Of a DNA stretch of 64,000 bases, positions 1 through 14,438 are shown one piece after another; the stretch's first letter is position 1; the number at the start of each line of letters is the position of its first letter. The DNA lies in assembly GCF_009914755.1 (NCBI RefSeq), contig NC_060932.1. The stretch is one strand, 5' to 3'. The notes beneath the pieces were generated by a model. The model was not told the origin of the DNA. It was given only the letters and a program-made list of their open reading frames with translations, and ran no database searches. The stretch is from the human T2T-CHM13v2.0 reference genome, Homo sapiens. The translations under genes were made by a program, and so were the position numbers.

Positions 1-24
1 AGGAGAAGTTCATGAGCGAGGCAG
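1..24 (+). CDS. PTK2B: PTK2B coding exon, partial (EKFMSEA, kinase alphaC helix)
   Basis: GAG AAG TTC ATG AGC GAG GCA G|gtaggg; phase matches the next exon. Confidence 0.92.
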
Positions 25-92
25 GTAGGGACCCCTGAGACCAACCAGGCCTCCAAGATGGGAGGGGCTTCAGCCTGGGAAGAGAGGGGTGA

Positions 93-335
<243 letters not shown>

Positions 336-414
336 TGACAACTGGGCTGCAGCATGGGGGGCATTCAGAGCACAGCCCATTCCTCCCAGCTTCCTGACTT
401 CTGTGTTCCGCTGA

Positions 415-699
<285 letters not shown>

Positions 700-2376
700 T
701 AGGGGTGGAGGGAGTGGCCAGCGGTATGGAAGCCAGGCCTTCACCAGATCCTCAAGGCCTCTGGGTAGAAGCAGGGCTTGTGGGTGACACAGAGCAGTGT
801 TGGAATCCCAGCAATTGGCCCAGCAGCTTTGAGCACTTGAGCAACCTCTCTGACCCTGTGTCCTCATCTGTAAAGTTGCAGGCACTGTATGTACCTCATG
901 GGGTTGTTACGAGTAACTCTGAAGTCCGAGGTGTCTGTCTATATATCAAGACCTTCTAGCCCCTCCCCTGTGAGTGCCAGGAAATCGCCCCCAACCTTGC
1001 TCAGAGCTTGCTCACCTCCAGCTCCCTGGCTTGGTGGCACATGGCCCAGGAAGAAGGGACTGGGCTGGAGCAGGGCCAAGAAGATCCTGGGGTCCTAGCC
1101 CAGACATCACCCTGGTTGCCGACACCCCTGGGCTGCCAAATCCAAGTCTCCCTGTGGCTGTGGAGTTGGCCCCTGCTTTACCTGGCTTTGTTCCCATTCC
1201 CTGCCATGAGAACCTGACCCCCAAGGGAGTCAGTGGTTGGGCATTACCCACCATTGACATTGGCTCTGTGGCCTTGTGCCTGATTCTATGGAAAGCCACA
1301 TCAGGGGATAAAACCCTGCATTCATTCATTCATTCATTCATCCAACAAATACCATGGAACACCTCTCAGTGCCAGGCAGTGACCTAGGCTCTGGGACAAA
1401 GTCGTGACGAAAACAAGCAAAACTCCTTTTCCTCGTGAAGCTTACTTTCTAGCATGAGAGTCAAACTGGAGACATCAATTGTCAGGACAAAGGTGGTGGG
1501 AGGATAGATTTGTTTCTTTTGTTTGTTTATTTGAAGTGGCCATGCTTTTAAGTCATCATTTCAACTATAAAAACAAACACTAGAGAGTGGAGCCTGCCTG
1601 TGAGAAGCAAGCAGGCAAACTAGTTTGGGGTTGGGAGTGATGGCAAGAACACAGGGTAAACTGAGTCAGCGGTGTGTCTCCTGGGAGGAATGAGAGCTCA
1701 GCTCTGGAGTAGCCTACCTGTGCGACACCCTTTTCCACTGGTGAGCTGCTGGGCAAGTTCCTTCAGCTCTCTGGGTCCGGTCTCCTCCCCTGCACCAGGG
1801 GGGTCTGAGGGTCTCTATGTCATGACTCAGGGTGTGTGAAGCTCTCATGCGATCCTGGTATCCTAAGTGCCCCATCAGAGTTAGCTGTGCTGCCGCTGCC
1901 ACTCCTGCTATACCAAAGACCTAACCAGTCCTGTGGAAATGCAGATGAGAGAGAATACCTGTGTTCAGGGAAGTGGTTGGAGTTTATCCTTGAAGAATCA
2001 CCAGGTGACAGCCTCCCTGGCATGGGGGACAGTGTAGGCAACAGCACAGAAGTGGAGTGTAGCAGATGCCAGGAATCTGAGCCAGGCTTCAAGCTGGAGA
2101 TGGATGAAGGGGTGATGGGAGACAGAGCCCAACAGCAAGAGGGAAGGAGATGGCAAAGCACCTGTGCATGTTGGGGTGCAGAGGGGCCAGCTGGGCTCCC
2201 ACCTGAGGTGTGCTGTGGCAAGACCACTCGATGGGGGCAGTGACCCACAGAAGCTGCCCGATTCTGCTCTGGAGTCCGAGTCCCTGGCTTAGATTCTTGG
2301 TCTCTTTTTCCATCTGTCTGTCCATCTCTCTGTTCCTGCTCCCATGGGGGTGGGCAGTGCCTCATCCTGGTCTTGA

Positions 2377-2535
<159 letters not shown>

Positions 2536-2628
2536 TGAAGCCAAAAATTCCAGAAGAAGGAAGTCTACAGTTGGACAGCCCAGGCTAAGGGTCTTCAGAA
2601 AGTAGGATGTATTTCTGGATAATTCTGA

Positions 2629-2766
<138 letters not shown>

Positions 2767-3376
2767 TGATTTGGGAGGGCATGAAAAGGTGTTCAGATTC
2801 TCACTTCTGAACCAGGCTAAGGGGGTGGGTGCAGGGAGCAGGGGTCTGACCTCCACCCTCCGTTCCCAGGGTTCTATTTTGCTGTGGCCACTGAGAAGTC
2901 TCAGAGGTGGGGAGGCCAGTAGGGGTAGGAAGGGGAGTGACCCAGGCTAAGGACTGGCCTGGGCTGTGCAGGCTCATCTTCCTGGAAGAGGCTCTTGTGA
3001 CATGTGTGCTCCACCTACCAGCCCCAGAAACTAAGACGAAACTCTGTGACTTATTCTGAGAGAGGTACAGGAAGGAGAGAGAGCAAAGGCAGGTGTAGAG
3101 AGACAGCCCCTTACGGAACACCTCCTGCAAACCATCTCACTTAGTGCTCCCACAGCCAACCCTGTAGAACATTATTATTACTCTCATTTTCCTGTTACGA
3201 AAACTGAGGCTCAGATGAGTCAGGAGCCTGCCCGCAATCACACAGGCACCAAGTGTTGGTGCGAGGCTTCCATTTCCAGCTTTACTAAGGAGTGGCTCCC
3301 CTCCCTCCTAAGAGAAGACACTTGTGGTCCCAATAGCATGCCATGACTGCCACCTCTTGATCCTGCAGCACCCTGA

Positions 3377-3802
<426 letters not shown>

Positions 3803-4424
3803 TGAGCATGGAGTGTGGGCTGTGGGCTGGGGGCCCACCCGGCTGCACCAGGGAGCAAGACCAGCACACAGAGAGGTTTGCACCACATCTCCCTAAAGAA
3901 GACGGGCCAGGGTCAAGGACGGGAGGCTGAAGCCAGGTTCACTGTCAGATATGAGCTCAGAGATAAGGCAGCCGTGGGGAAGCCTGACTCATCTGGGCAT
4001 CTGTCAACACAGAGCACAGAGCCTTGTTCAAAGGATGTGCTCAGAAAATATTTTCTAGGTTAGACTCAAAAGCCTGAGCCAGACTCTCATCGAAGTGCCT
4101 GTGCTCTTTGTGATGTTGAGGCATCCTACCTGCTTTCCTCTCGCCTTGTCTCTCGACTTTGATCTTTCCTCCCAGATAGCAAGGAAGGGAGTGATCTTTG
4201 ACCTGTTTTCAAGACTATGACCCAGGGGCCACCTCTCCCTTCTGAATGGGGGATAAGGGACCTGAGGGCCCGTCGGTGCCCAGGAGCCATGATTCCCTAG
4301 GTCTGGGGAGGTCACTGGGGAAGAAGGTCATCTGTTTCAGAGGTTCAGGGTCCCCCAGTTTTCTTGGTGGCAAGCCTGCCATTAGCCCTCCTGTGGGAGA
4401 TCTGACTTCTTTTGGTTTCCTCTG

Positions 4425-4760
4425 GGGTGGGAGTCAGTAAGCATTTTCTATAAAGGGCCAAATAGTAAATATTTGGGGCTTTGCTGTTTATGCAAGTCTC
4501 TGCCAAAACTGCTAACTCTCTTAGCTCAAAAACAGCCACAGACAATACATCGATGAATGGGTGTAGCTGGGCTCCAGTGAAACACCATTTTGGATGCTGA
4601 AATATGAATTTCAAATAAGTTTCATGTGTCATGAAATATTTTTTGTCTTTTAATTTTTTTCAGTCATTGAAACAATGTGAAAACCATTCTTCATTTGGGT
4701 CCATACAAAAATAGATGAAAGGCCAGATTTTCCCTCTGGGCGCTTATTTGCTGAACCCTA
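4425..4760 (+). mobile_element. MER58-like hAT DNA transposon relic
   Basis: ttttctataaagggccaaatagtaaatattt...ggccagatttt resembles MER58 (recalled consensus). Confidence 0.65.
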
Positions 4761-5229
4761 CTTTAGGGAGTCTGGAACTTAATTGACTTGAAAAATATTT
4801 TTAATACTGTACTTTAATACTGATTTTAAATACTGTAGTCAACATGTTGCCTTGTTTGATTTTAGGGCAAGTAAACAGTCCCTGAAAACTGCCTGGTGGG
4901 GAGGCACCCCAGGGGATGCCAGCAATGCCCAGGCCAGGGGCACTGAGGGTGACCCTGCATGTTTTCTGTGGGGCAGGGCCTTCAACATCATCTGTAAAAC
5001 CTCTGGCTTAAAAGGCATCTCTGTTCCTCTCTATCCCTTCAGTGAGCCTCCCAGTTAATTCTAGACTCCTGTGTTGGTCCCTTGTATGGGAGGTTTGAGA
5101 AGTCAAAAGGCTGCAGGATGAAAGTATTTGAAGGATGTAATTTGGGAGGTTAAAAGCCCTGGGGGGATGGAGCTGGGAGTCCTGATTCACTCTGAGGCCT
5201 TGAGAGCCACAGGGAGCTGTGCAGGTGTC

Positions 5230-5285
5230 TCTCCTGGGCTGAGAGGTGTTCCCATCATCTCCTGGGCTGAGAGGTGTTCCCATCA
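5230..5285. repeat. Perfect 28-bp tandem duplication
   Basis: TCTCCTGGGCTGAGAGGTGTTCCCATCA x2. Confidence 0.9.
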
Positions 5286-6234
5286 GAGGCATCGACCAGG
5301 CCTCTGCCACAAGTGGAGGTGGGAGCAGGTTTCTGGTGTGATCTGGAAAACACTGAAAGACTCAGAAGACCCCAGGTTGCTTCCTCAGACCACCACCTGA
5401 CTCTTCCTCCTTAGAGTTCAGAAGGGATTTGATCAGTGTTTCCTAACCGTTCCAGGGAGGAAAGGCCCTTCTAATGTCAAATTTTGAGTGTCTCTGTGTA
5501 ACAATAGTTATATTTTAAAAATCTTTTGCTGAACAAAATGTAGTGGGCTATATAATGCATTTTTATTATACATAATAAAATACATACACACTTGAAAATA
5601 TAGTATCAAGTGTCACATATTCAGTAGTATATAATACTTGCTACCCATATGAACATGTGGATTCATGGGCAGTAATAATTCCAGAGTCCTCTGGGGTCTG
5701 TGATTCCAGGTTAGGAGCACTGGATTGGGTAAGAAAGGTGAGAGGCGCGCACATGGCTAGCCTGGGAGTGAACCCACATGCCTCATTAGCACATACCGGG
5801 GATGCGTTGGGGGATGTTTCATGAGAAATAGGAGATGTAGATTCTAGGCCAGGGCCATGAAGTTGGCTGGGACTTTGGAAATCTACATAGGGGTTTGGTG
5901 CCAATCACAAGCCCAGGAGGGCAAAAGGCCTGAGGAGTGGGGCTGCAGTCAGGCTCCTGCTGCATGTTTGGGCTGGGACTGGCTCACCAAGGACGCTTTT
6001 CCACCTTGGATCCATTCCTGTGATCCTCCCAACCTCAGTGTGGCCTCAGGGCCCATATCCAAGCCTGTCTCAGGGGGCTCTCCCCAGGACACTCTGCAGT
6101 GAAGATCGAAACGGAAATGGGACCTAGCAACCTTGCCCAGGCCTCTCTGGGCCTCCACGAAGTACAAAGAGGAGCCCCAAGGAGCGTCTCACTTTGACCT
6201 AGTTTCTCTCCTTATCTGACGTGACTCCCTGCAG

Positions 6235-6343
6235 TGACGTTTATCAGATGGAGAAGGACATTGCCATGGAGCAAGAGAGGAATGCTCGCTACCGAACCCC
6301 CAAAATCTTGGAGCCCACAGCCTTCCAGGAACCCCCACCCAAG
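6235..6343 (+). CDS. PTK2B: PTK2B coding exon (SDVYQMEKD...QEPPPK)
   Basis: cag|T and AAG|gtaagc; phase consistent with neighbours. Confidence 0.95.
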
Positions 6344-6766
6344 GTAAGCCAAGCCATGGCCTCATAAGTCCTGTGAGTCAAAGCAAAGCCAGGTCCCTGT
6401 CTGATCCATGTCCCCCTTACTGCACAGGCAGGATGCCCCCTACAGCCCTTTCTCAGTCCTTCACCCAGCATCCACCATCACTGTCAGCGTGTCACATCAG
6501 TGCCCTGGCAGGTGGACTTGGAGATAGCAGCCACCTTGTGGGATAGCTGGGTCAAGAATCATTCCTCAAAAGTGTCCCCTGAGGGGCTGGGCTTCTCTTC
6601 TAGGTGTTTTCTTAGGAACAAATGAGATCCCCCTGAGGACACATGGGTGGGAAGTATCCTGGGTCTTTTAGGTCCAGTCCCTACATCTATACCCCGCATG
6701 GCCACCCTGAGCTCAGGAGCCAGGGCCCTGCTGCCATTAGGTGGGTGGGTCTGAGAGGCCGTGCCT

Positions 6767-7108
6767 GTCTTAGTCAACTGGAGCTGCTGCAACAAAAGAC
6801 CACAGACCAAGTGGCTTAAACAGCAGATGTTTATCTCTCACAGTTCTGGAGGCTGGGAAGTCCAAGATCAAGGTGTTGGTGTCTTGTGAGGGCTCTCTGC
6901 CTGGCTTACAGACAACCACCTTCTCACTGTGTTTTTACCTGGCAGACACAGAGTGGTCTTTCTTTCTCTTCTTATAAGGGCTCCATCCTCATAACCTCAT
7001 CTAACCCTAATTACCTCCAAAAACCTGCACTTCCTTAATGCTATCACATTGGGGGTTCAGGCTTCAACATGCAAATTGAAAAGGGGGACAAATATTCAGT
7101 CCATAACA
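6767..7108 (-). mobile_element. MaLR LTR (MLT1A-like)
   Basis: tgtcttagtc...cacagttctggaggctgggaagtccaagatcaagg...attcagtccataaca. Confidence 0.75.
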
Positions 7109-7565
7109 ATGTCTGATCCCATCTAAGGCCTTTTCTCACTTGTCCCTCTTGCCTGGCATGTCCCACCCCTCCCCGCGGGCCTGGCTCAGCGTTCATCTCC
7201 TCCATGCAGCTTCTGTGAATGCCCAAGCCCCTGGTGAGCTCCTACCTCTGCATGCCTGTGGCTCTGGAGCTCTGACTTGGTGGGTGCTCCCACATATAGG
7301 GAAGCAACACATGCACCAATCATTAACCCTCCAATTAGCCATAGCCCCGGGAGGGCAGTGAGGTGGCTTCTTTGTACCTTCCACCACTCAGTAGATAATC
7401 AGTGCTCAATAAATGGATGCAAAATGAGTTTCATGACAGCTTTGTCCCTCAACTTTCCTTCCTTTGGAACAAGCCTGAGGTGTCTTTGACCTGATGTTCC
7501 CCTTGGTGAGTTGTGTTCACTCAAGGAGAGGGACAGAGACTGACCCATCTGTGTTCTCTCTCCAG

Positions 7566-7631
7566 CCCAGCCGACCTAAGTACAGACCCCCTCCGCAAAC
7601 CAACCTCCTGGCTCCAAAGCTGCAGTTCCAG
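7566..7631 (+). CDS. PTK2B: PTK2B coding exon (PSRPKYRPPPQTNLLAPKLQFQ, Pro-rich)
   Basis: cag|CCC and CAG|gtaaag; 66 nt. Confidence 0.95.
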
Positions 7632-8449
7632 GTAAAGATAGAACCAGAGGACGGGAACTTCAGGTCTACCTCTCATCCAGGTCCTGAAACTCCATTCTTG
7701 TGCCTTAGAGGAGCAGCAGTCACCCACTTGGGTGATGGAGATGGCCTAGGTTGACTCTTCTTTGGCACCCAGAACAGAATGCAGACTCAGATCACAAGAA
7801 TTAAAATGCAGTTCTCCCAGGCTGTGCTCAGCTAAGACCTGCCTTAAGCCCCATCCCTCTGTCTACATCATCTGCTGCTTTGTGTGCCTGCCTGCTGCTC
7901 TCTCCCCACATCTAAGGCCTCCCTGGCCTCCTTACCAGAAGGAATCCCAGGGAATATTTCCCAACAAATGGAGTAGCTCCATGGGACTCCCCAAAGAGGC
8001 CCCATCCAGAACCTGGGTGGCCATTGAAGAGACAGCAGGGTTTTACCTGAGCTTTCTCCCAGCTCCATTATCCCCAACCATGACTCTTTCCCAGGCTGTG
8101 CGTCCCTGACCCTGAATGTCTCTGTTCTGTGTCTCTCTTGCCTCTAGGAGAGAGGGAGTCCAGTCTCCTCTTATTTCTTCTCTTGCATCCCCCAGCTCAG
8201 AGCCACTGCTCAAAAATTGATCCCCTCAACCACCAGAAATAATGTCCATTTAGTTGGTGCCCTTTATAGAAAGGCGGTGTCCCATGGTCCTATATTTGTT
8301 CTCAAGGAAATGCCTGAGTGCCAAAACAAGACCATCTAAGGACTAATAGATAAATCCTCTTCAAGTGAAGAGAAAGCCTGATTCAGAAGATGGAAAAATC
8401 GTTCTGAAAAAAAAGAGATATACCCATGTGCAATATTTAAAACAGGGAG

Positions 8450-8785
<336 letters not shown>

Positions 8786-9153
8786 CAATTCATACATATC
8801 TGTATAAATTGGTGTGTTAACCACATCAGTCAGTCTGTAATGCAACTGAAACAACTATTTTTTGAAGAGTCCTGAAGGAAGAGCCCTGGTCTCAGTGGGT
8901 CCGTAACCAGCATGGACCCCACTGTGTGCAGAGCATCTTGGGGGAATGTTGGATGAATGAGAGGCTGCGCTGCTCCACCATCTCTCTCGGAGCAATGGAA
9001 GGCCCACGTTTTGTTCTTTATTAACTCCTGGAGAGCAAGCCCCATTCCCTGTGGTGCTCATGCATAGTTTCTTTGTGCTCGTGTTTGTAGCAGCTAATTG
9101 TCTACCTTCTCGCTTTGTCCCGTGCCTTGTGCTTCTTTGCTTTTCCTGAATAG

Positions 9154-9279
9154 GTTCCTGAGGGTCTGTGTGCCAGCTCTCCTACGCTCACCAGCCCTAT
9201 GGAGTATCCATCTCCCGTTAACTCACTGCACACCCCACCTCTCCACCGGCACAATGTCTTCAAACGCCACAGCATGCGG
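9154..9279 (+). CDS. PTK2B: PTK2B alternative cassette exon, 42 aa (commonly called exon 23; skipped in PYK2-H/PYK2s)
   Basis: tag|GTT and CGG|gtaaga; 126 nt, frame-neutral; VPEGLCASS...FKRHSMR. Confidence 0.95.
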
Positions 9280-10935
9280 GTAAGAGGGCTCTGCATGCTG
9301 GTCCCTGCCCGGACTGAGGAGGCTGCTGGAGGGAGGTGGCCGGGGACACTGGAAACCCCACGTCCTCAGCTCAGGAGGGCCCTTCCTGTTCCCATGCACC
9401 AGTCAGGCCACTGAGGTGGCACTCTGTGACTTCCTTCCCTTTGCAAACACATCAGAGGCTGGCAGCCACACCAGGCCCTGCTCTGGAGGACACCAGCTGG
9501 ACCTAACCTGCCCTTGGCCATGCTGGTGCTATGGCTAGAGATGTACAAATCTCCCCCTCTCCTGAGCCCCAGGGGTAGGGGGATCTGTGGCAGCTTGGAG
9601 GCTCCTAGGCAGGGCACAGCACAGCTTAGTGGTGCTGGAGAGTATCCTTCCTAAATGATGGCTTTGGGTGTGAAATCTCTCCTCAGTCAAAGGAAAGGCT
9701 TTCTTGTGGCTGCTCCCCTTTCTGCTTTTGTTCAGGCTGCTGCTGGGTGAGAAGGAGTTTAGGGCTAGTGGGAATACAGCCTCATTAACTGGCTAGAGCA
9801 GGGACCTAAGCCACTTCCCTTGTCAGCTCTTTGTCACGGGGGGTTGTTAACTGCTGGTGAAGCCCGGAGTGCTTCATGGCTGGCTTCTGATTGTCAGGTC
9901 TTGTGTGAAAAAGACACTTTTGCTTATAACCAGATGCCCACTGGTCACCAACCACCTTCTTCCATACAAATGGCCCCTAGTGGTCAGTTGCCACGAACAC
10001 TTGATCTATTTTACTAAACCAACTAAAACACTTATTTTAGCTCTAACTCTGCATGCATGCACAATATTTCAGGCTCACTAAACATGACTAAAATATTTTT
10101 TGAAAAAAATTAGATGTTTATCATAATATATTTGGAAGATGTAGGCAAGTATGCTGATATTACTTTCATGCCATTATGCTTAATTTAGTAGAATTTTGAA
10201 ATGAGCATGATAACTTAGAATTCCAGACACTAAGATTTTTTGTGAAATCAATTTTCCTCTGACCTACCTCGTTTTTCTCTTTTATATTAATTTAACCAAT
10301 TTCTGTCTTTGCGTGTGCTTAACAATAATAAACTACATTTTTAGGCATGTGCTATAATTTAGGCTGTGTTCGGTTTCTCCACCCTCCTGCCTTTGACTCT
10401 CTATTCATAAATGATTGTTTTAGTAAGTTTTGCTTTAAATTGTGTTATTTTAGAAAGAAGCTATTTTGCACATTTGAGGGGTAGCATTGCCTTCGTCCAA
10501 TTTCCTGCTTCTCCACAAGGACCTTGTTCAGTTCCATAAAGAGATTGTGCAGTAGGAAAAAAGACCTTTTGTATCAGGGCTTTAGAAGTAATTGACATAA
10601 GGAAAATCTGCCTAAAAGAACATAATGAGCATGTCTTTAAATAAACAAACCCAAAAAAGTTAAAAATATAAGCTCCATTTTATGACACAGATCAGAAACA
10701 CTGAGAAAGTCTCTTCCAGGTAGAATGCTGAGAAGGTATAATAGGCTCCTCACAAAGCATTTGGAAGCATTTAACAAAAATACAGAGGTGGTGTTCCCAG
10801 AAAAACAGTTTTTCTACTGAGTGGCTCTATAGCCTGACTCATCAGGGAGTCTGTGGGATGCCATACCAGCATTGGGATGGCAGCAGTCTCTCTCCTGAAG
10901 ACCTCACAATTGAGCTTTAAAAATAATACAATTCA

Positions 10936-11253
<318 letters not shown>

Positions 11254-12316
11254 TCAATAAACAGTAGGGCTTGCTGTGATTGCTGGACGCTGTCCTCGGT
11301 GCTGAAGGGGGGAGGCGCTGCTTTCAAAGCGCTTACAGTCGACCAGAAGGATCAGACCAGGTGCACACTTACCTGTAATGCAAGCCAGAAGGTCGTGGGT
11401 ACCACAAAGTGGGAGTTCAGAGAGGAGGACAACCCTTTCCAGCTTCTATTTAAAAGTTGGGCCTTGAAAGATGGGAAAGATGTGGACAGGAGGAAACTGA
11501 GATTCAGGGAATGGAAGAGGCAGGGGCTTCAGTAGGAGGCAAGACTGAGTGGTGGGAAACCACAGGACAAGTGCAAGAACTGTTGGACTACAGCAGGAAG
11601 GGTACTTGTGGATGTGGAAATAAAGCCAACAGATGGGTCATAGCCAGATTATGGAAGGTGTCACAACTTACGAGAGTCATTTTAAAACACCATGAGTACC
11701 CAATTCCTTTTAAGAATAGAATGTAATGAGCAATGTAAGTATCCATTACCTAATAAGAATATTGGAGGCGCATTTCAGCAAAACCAACCTCAAAGAGATT
11801 CCATTTTTTTGAGTGTTCATTTTTCTCCTTGAGTTTTATTATGAAATTGGAAGGCATCAGGATGTCTCCTAATCTGTGTTTGTTAGAATATGTGGTACGA
11901 TCAGGCCTGAGGCATGCTAGGCATTTTAGTGGTGGAATCTTCTGTCAACACTTATAAACTTACAAATACTTACAAATACTTGTAGAATTTTCTTGATTCT
12001 AATAGCTCATCCAACTGGTACTTACCATACTCTTCCTTAACCCATACATTTTTCTCACATCCAGAAATCCCTAACTCTATATTTAGAACTTTTGACACTT
12101 AGTTCCTGTTTGTCACTATTTGTCAACAGCCTGGGGCAGCCATGCCATTGTGTCTGCAGGTGTTGACATTTAACTGGGGATTTTTATGGCCTTAAAATGT
12201 CCTCATTTTTGAGTATCAGCCTCTGATCAACAAAACCTATTTTATTTTTATCAATTCCATGATTATAAAATACTCTTATATGCTGGAATTTGTTTTCCTA
12301 AAATAAGGTCTAGCTC

Positions 12317-12524
12317 AGTGGTTCTCAGCTAAGTTATTTTCCCTCTGAGAGGACATTTGACAATGTCTGGCAGCATTTTTGTTACAACTGGGGTGGTGCT
12401 ATAGGCATATATTGTGGGGAGGCCAGAGATGCTGCTAAGCATCGTACAATGCACAGGAAATTGCCCTGGAAATAAGGACTTGTCTGGCTCCAAATGTCAG
12501 TAGTGCTGAGGTTGAGGAGCCTTG
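12317..12524 (+). mobile_element. MER20-like hAT element
   Basis: cagtggttctc...gaggccagagatgctgctaagcatc...gttgaggagccttg. Confidence 0.75.
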
Positions 12525-13252
12525 GTCTGACTAGTATTTACTTAACCCCACGAGAATAAGAACATCGTATAGTTTAACATCACTGTCCTCCCAGCACCCA
12601 GCCCTGCCACATAGTAGTTGCTTAATAAATAATTGTTGAATAGATTAATGAATAAATATTTCAGCAAGAAACCTAACTCATGGGGAAACGTGTGATTAGA
12701 AATTGAGGTTAGTAATTGAAGCTCAGTGTGCACTAAGTAAAACATCCCAATATAACCACTTTTAGACCATATTGTAATATTCAAGTGTGTTTTGTAGGGC
12801 TTAGTGAGGAAACTCTTTTAAGAGGCTTGGTAGGAATTATTGCTTGCTAAAAGTAGATAGAGATAATTGTTAGCATCTTCTGCAAGTGACCTGTATGCAA
12901 ATGGCCACTTCAAAGGCAAGGAACTGAGGGACCTGCCGGCTTAGATGTCACAGAAGAATCCTGCCCTAGCAAAGGCAACTCCTGGGCTTTGTGCAATCAA
13001 GAGGATGCCAATAATATTCCTCCTCCATCTGTCCAGGAGGCCAGGGTCCCCATGTGCAGCACAACAAGAGCAAAATAGTTTAGAGACACTGAGCAGATAT
13101 TTATACAAATGAACCGTGGGGGAAGACTGAATGAAAATAGGAAGACATGCAATACTTTCTGTTTAGGAACTAGCAGCTGAAATTATGAATAGGTCCAAAG
13201 CCCCAGAGGTAAGTTAAAGCAAGAGTTAGATTACTAGATCTAGGGAGAGGAA

Positions 13253-13470
13253 GCATTTATCTTCTCTCTATCAAACTATATTTCTTTGAATTTTGTTTTT
13301 CATTTTATCTATTAGTTCATGAATTTCTTCTAATCATTGGTTAAATAACTCAAGCTATGATTGCATTTATCTTATCTCTATAGAGCTGTATTTCATGAAA
13401 TTTTGTTCCTTATTTTATCTCTTAGCTCATGCATTTCTCCTAACATTTAGTTAAATAACCCAAGCTATTA
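13253..13470. repeat. Diverged tandem duplication, about 110-bp period
   Basis: gcatttatctt...ttaaataactcaagctatga repeated as gcatttatctt...ttaaataacccaagctatta. Confidence 0.8.
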
Positions 13471-14108
13471 TCTTAATAAAGAATGTGTCTTAATAGGAAG
13501 GCATGGTTGGTGGGTGCATGCTGTTGCTTGTTCTCTCAGGCTCTGCTCATTCATGGACACACGTGGGACTGCACACCGTGAGGCTAGAGGCAGCACCCCT
13601 GTCTCTCGAAGCTTCCAGACCTGCCACCTTGGTCCTTAGGTGGAGATAGCATCAGAAGGGTGTGATGCTCTCCAACTAAGCAAAGCCAGCCCCTTGGAAA
13701 CCCTTTGGATGCTTTTAGTAGATTTTAAAATAGATTTTAATAGACTTTAATAGCTTTTCTTTTTAAAATATATTAAATGACAACAACCATCACAAACACT
13801 GAGATAATAGTAGGGCAGTCACTTGGTAAAATATCATGAGCAGATCATGTAATCATTTGAATACAGCGCACGTTGAGCAGTGGGTTCTTGGGTTTGGTAT
13901 CACATTGCAACGCAGATACATGCTCGGGGCTGATACTGGATAGCTGTCTGCACATATAGCTCTGGGTTTAAGAACAAACTTATGAGAAAAAAGCAGCTGG
14001 CCAGGCCAAGGCTTGCAGCTGCCATGAGGTTCTTCAGAGGACTGTCCCTCCCTGAGTCTGAGAGCAGGGCTCATTGCATCCTCTCCCTTCTCTCTGCCGT
14101 CCTCCCAG

Positions 14109-14255
14109 GAGGAGGACTTCATCCAACCCAGCAGCCGAGAAGAGGCCCAGCAGCTGTGGGAGGCTGAAAAGGTCAAAATGCGGCAAATCCTGGACAAACA
14201 GCAGAAGCAGATGGTGGAGGACTACCAGTGGCTCAGGCAGGAGGAGAAGTCCCTG
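14109..14255 (+). CDS. PTK2B: PTK2B coding exon (EEDFIQPSS...QEEKSL)
   Basis: cag|GAG and CTG|gtgagc; 147 nt. Confidence 0.95.
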
Positions 14256-14402
14256 GTGAGCACCCCAGGAAGGATGTCGGTGCCCTGCACCCATCTGTGT
14301 CCTCTTCCACCTCCCCAGGTGGCTGGGGCAAGGGTCCCCTGCATTCTTGGTGCTTTCAGCTCCAGAATTCTTAGTCCTTCGCTCTTGTTTCTTCCTCTGC
14401 AG

Positions 14403-14438
14403 GACCCCATGGTTTATATGAATGATACGTCCCCATTG
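14403..14438 (+). CDS. PTK2B: PTK2B coding exon (DPMVYMNDTSPL)
   Basis: cag|GAC and TTG|gtgagt; 36 nt. Confidence 0.94.
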
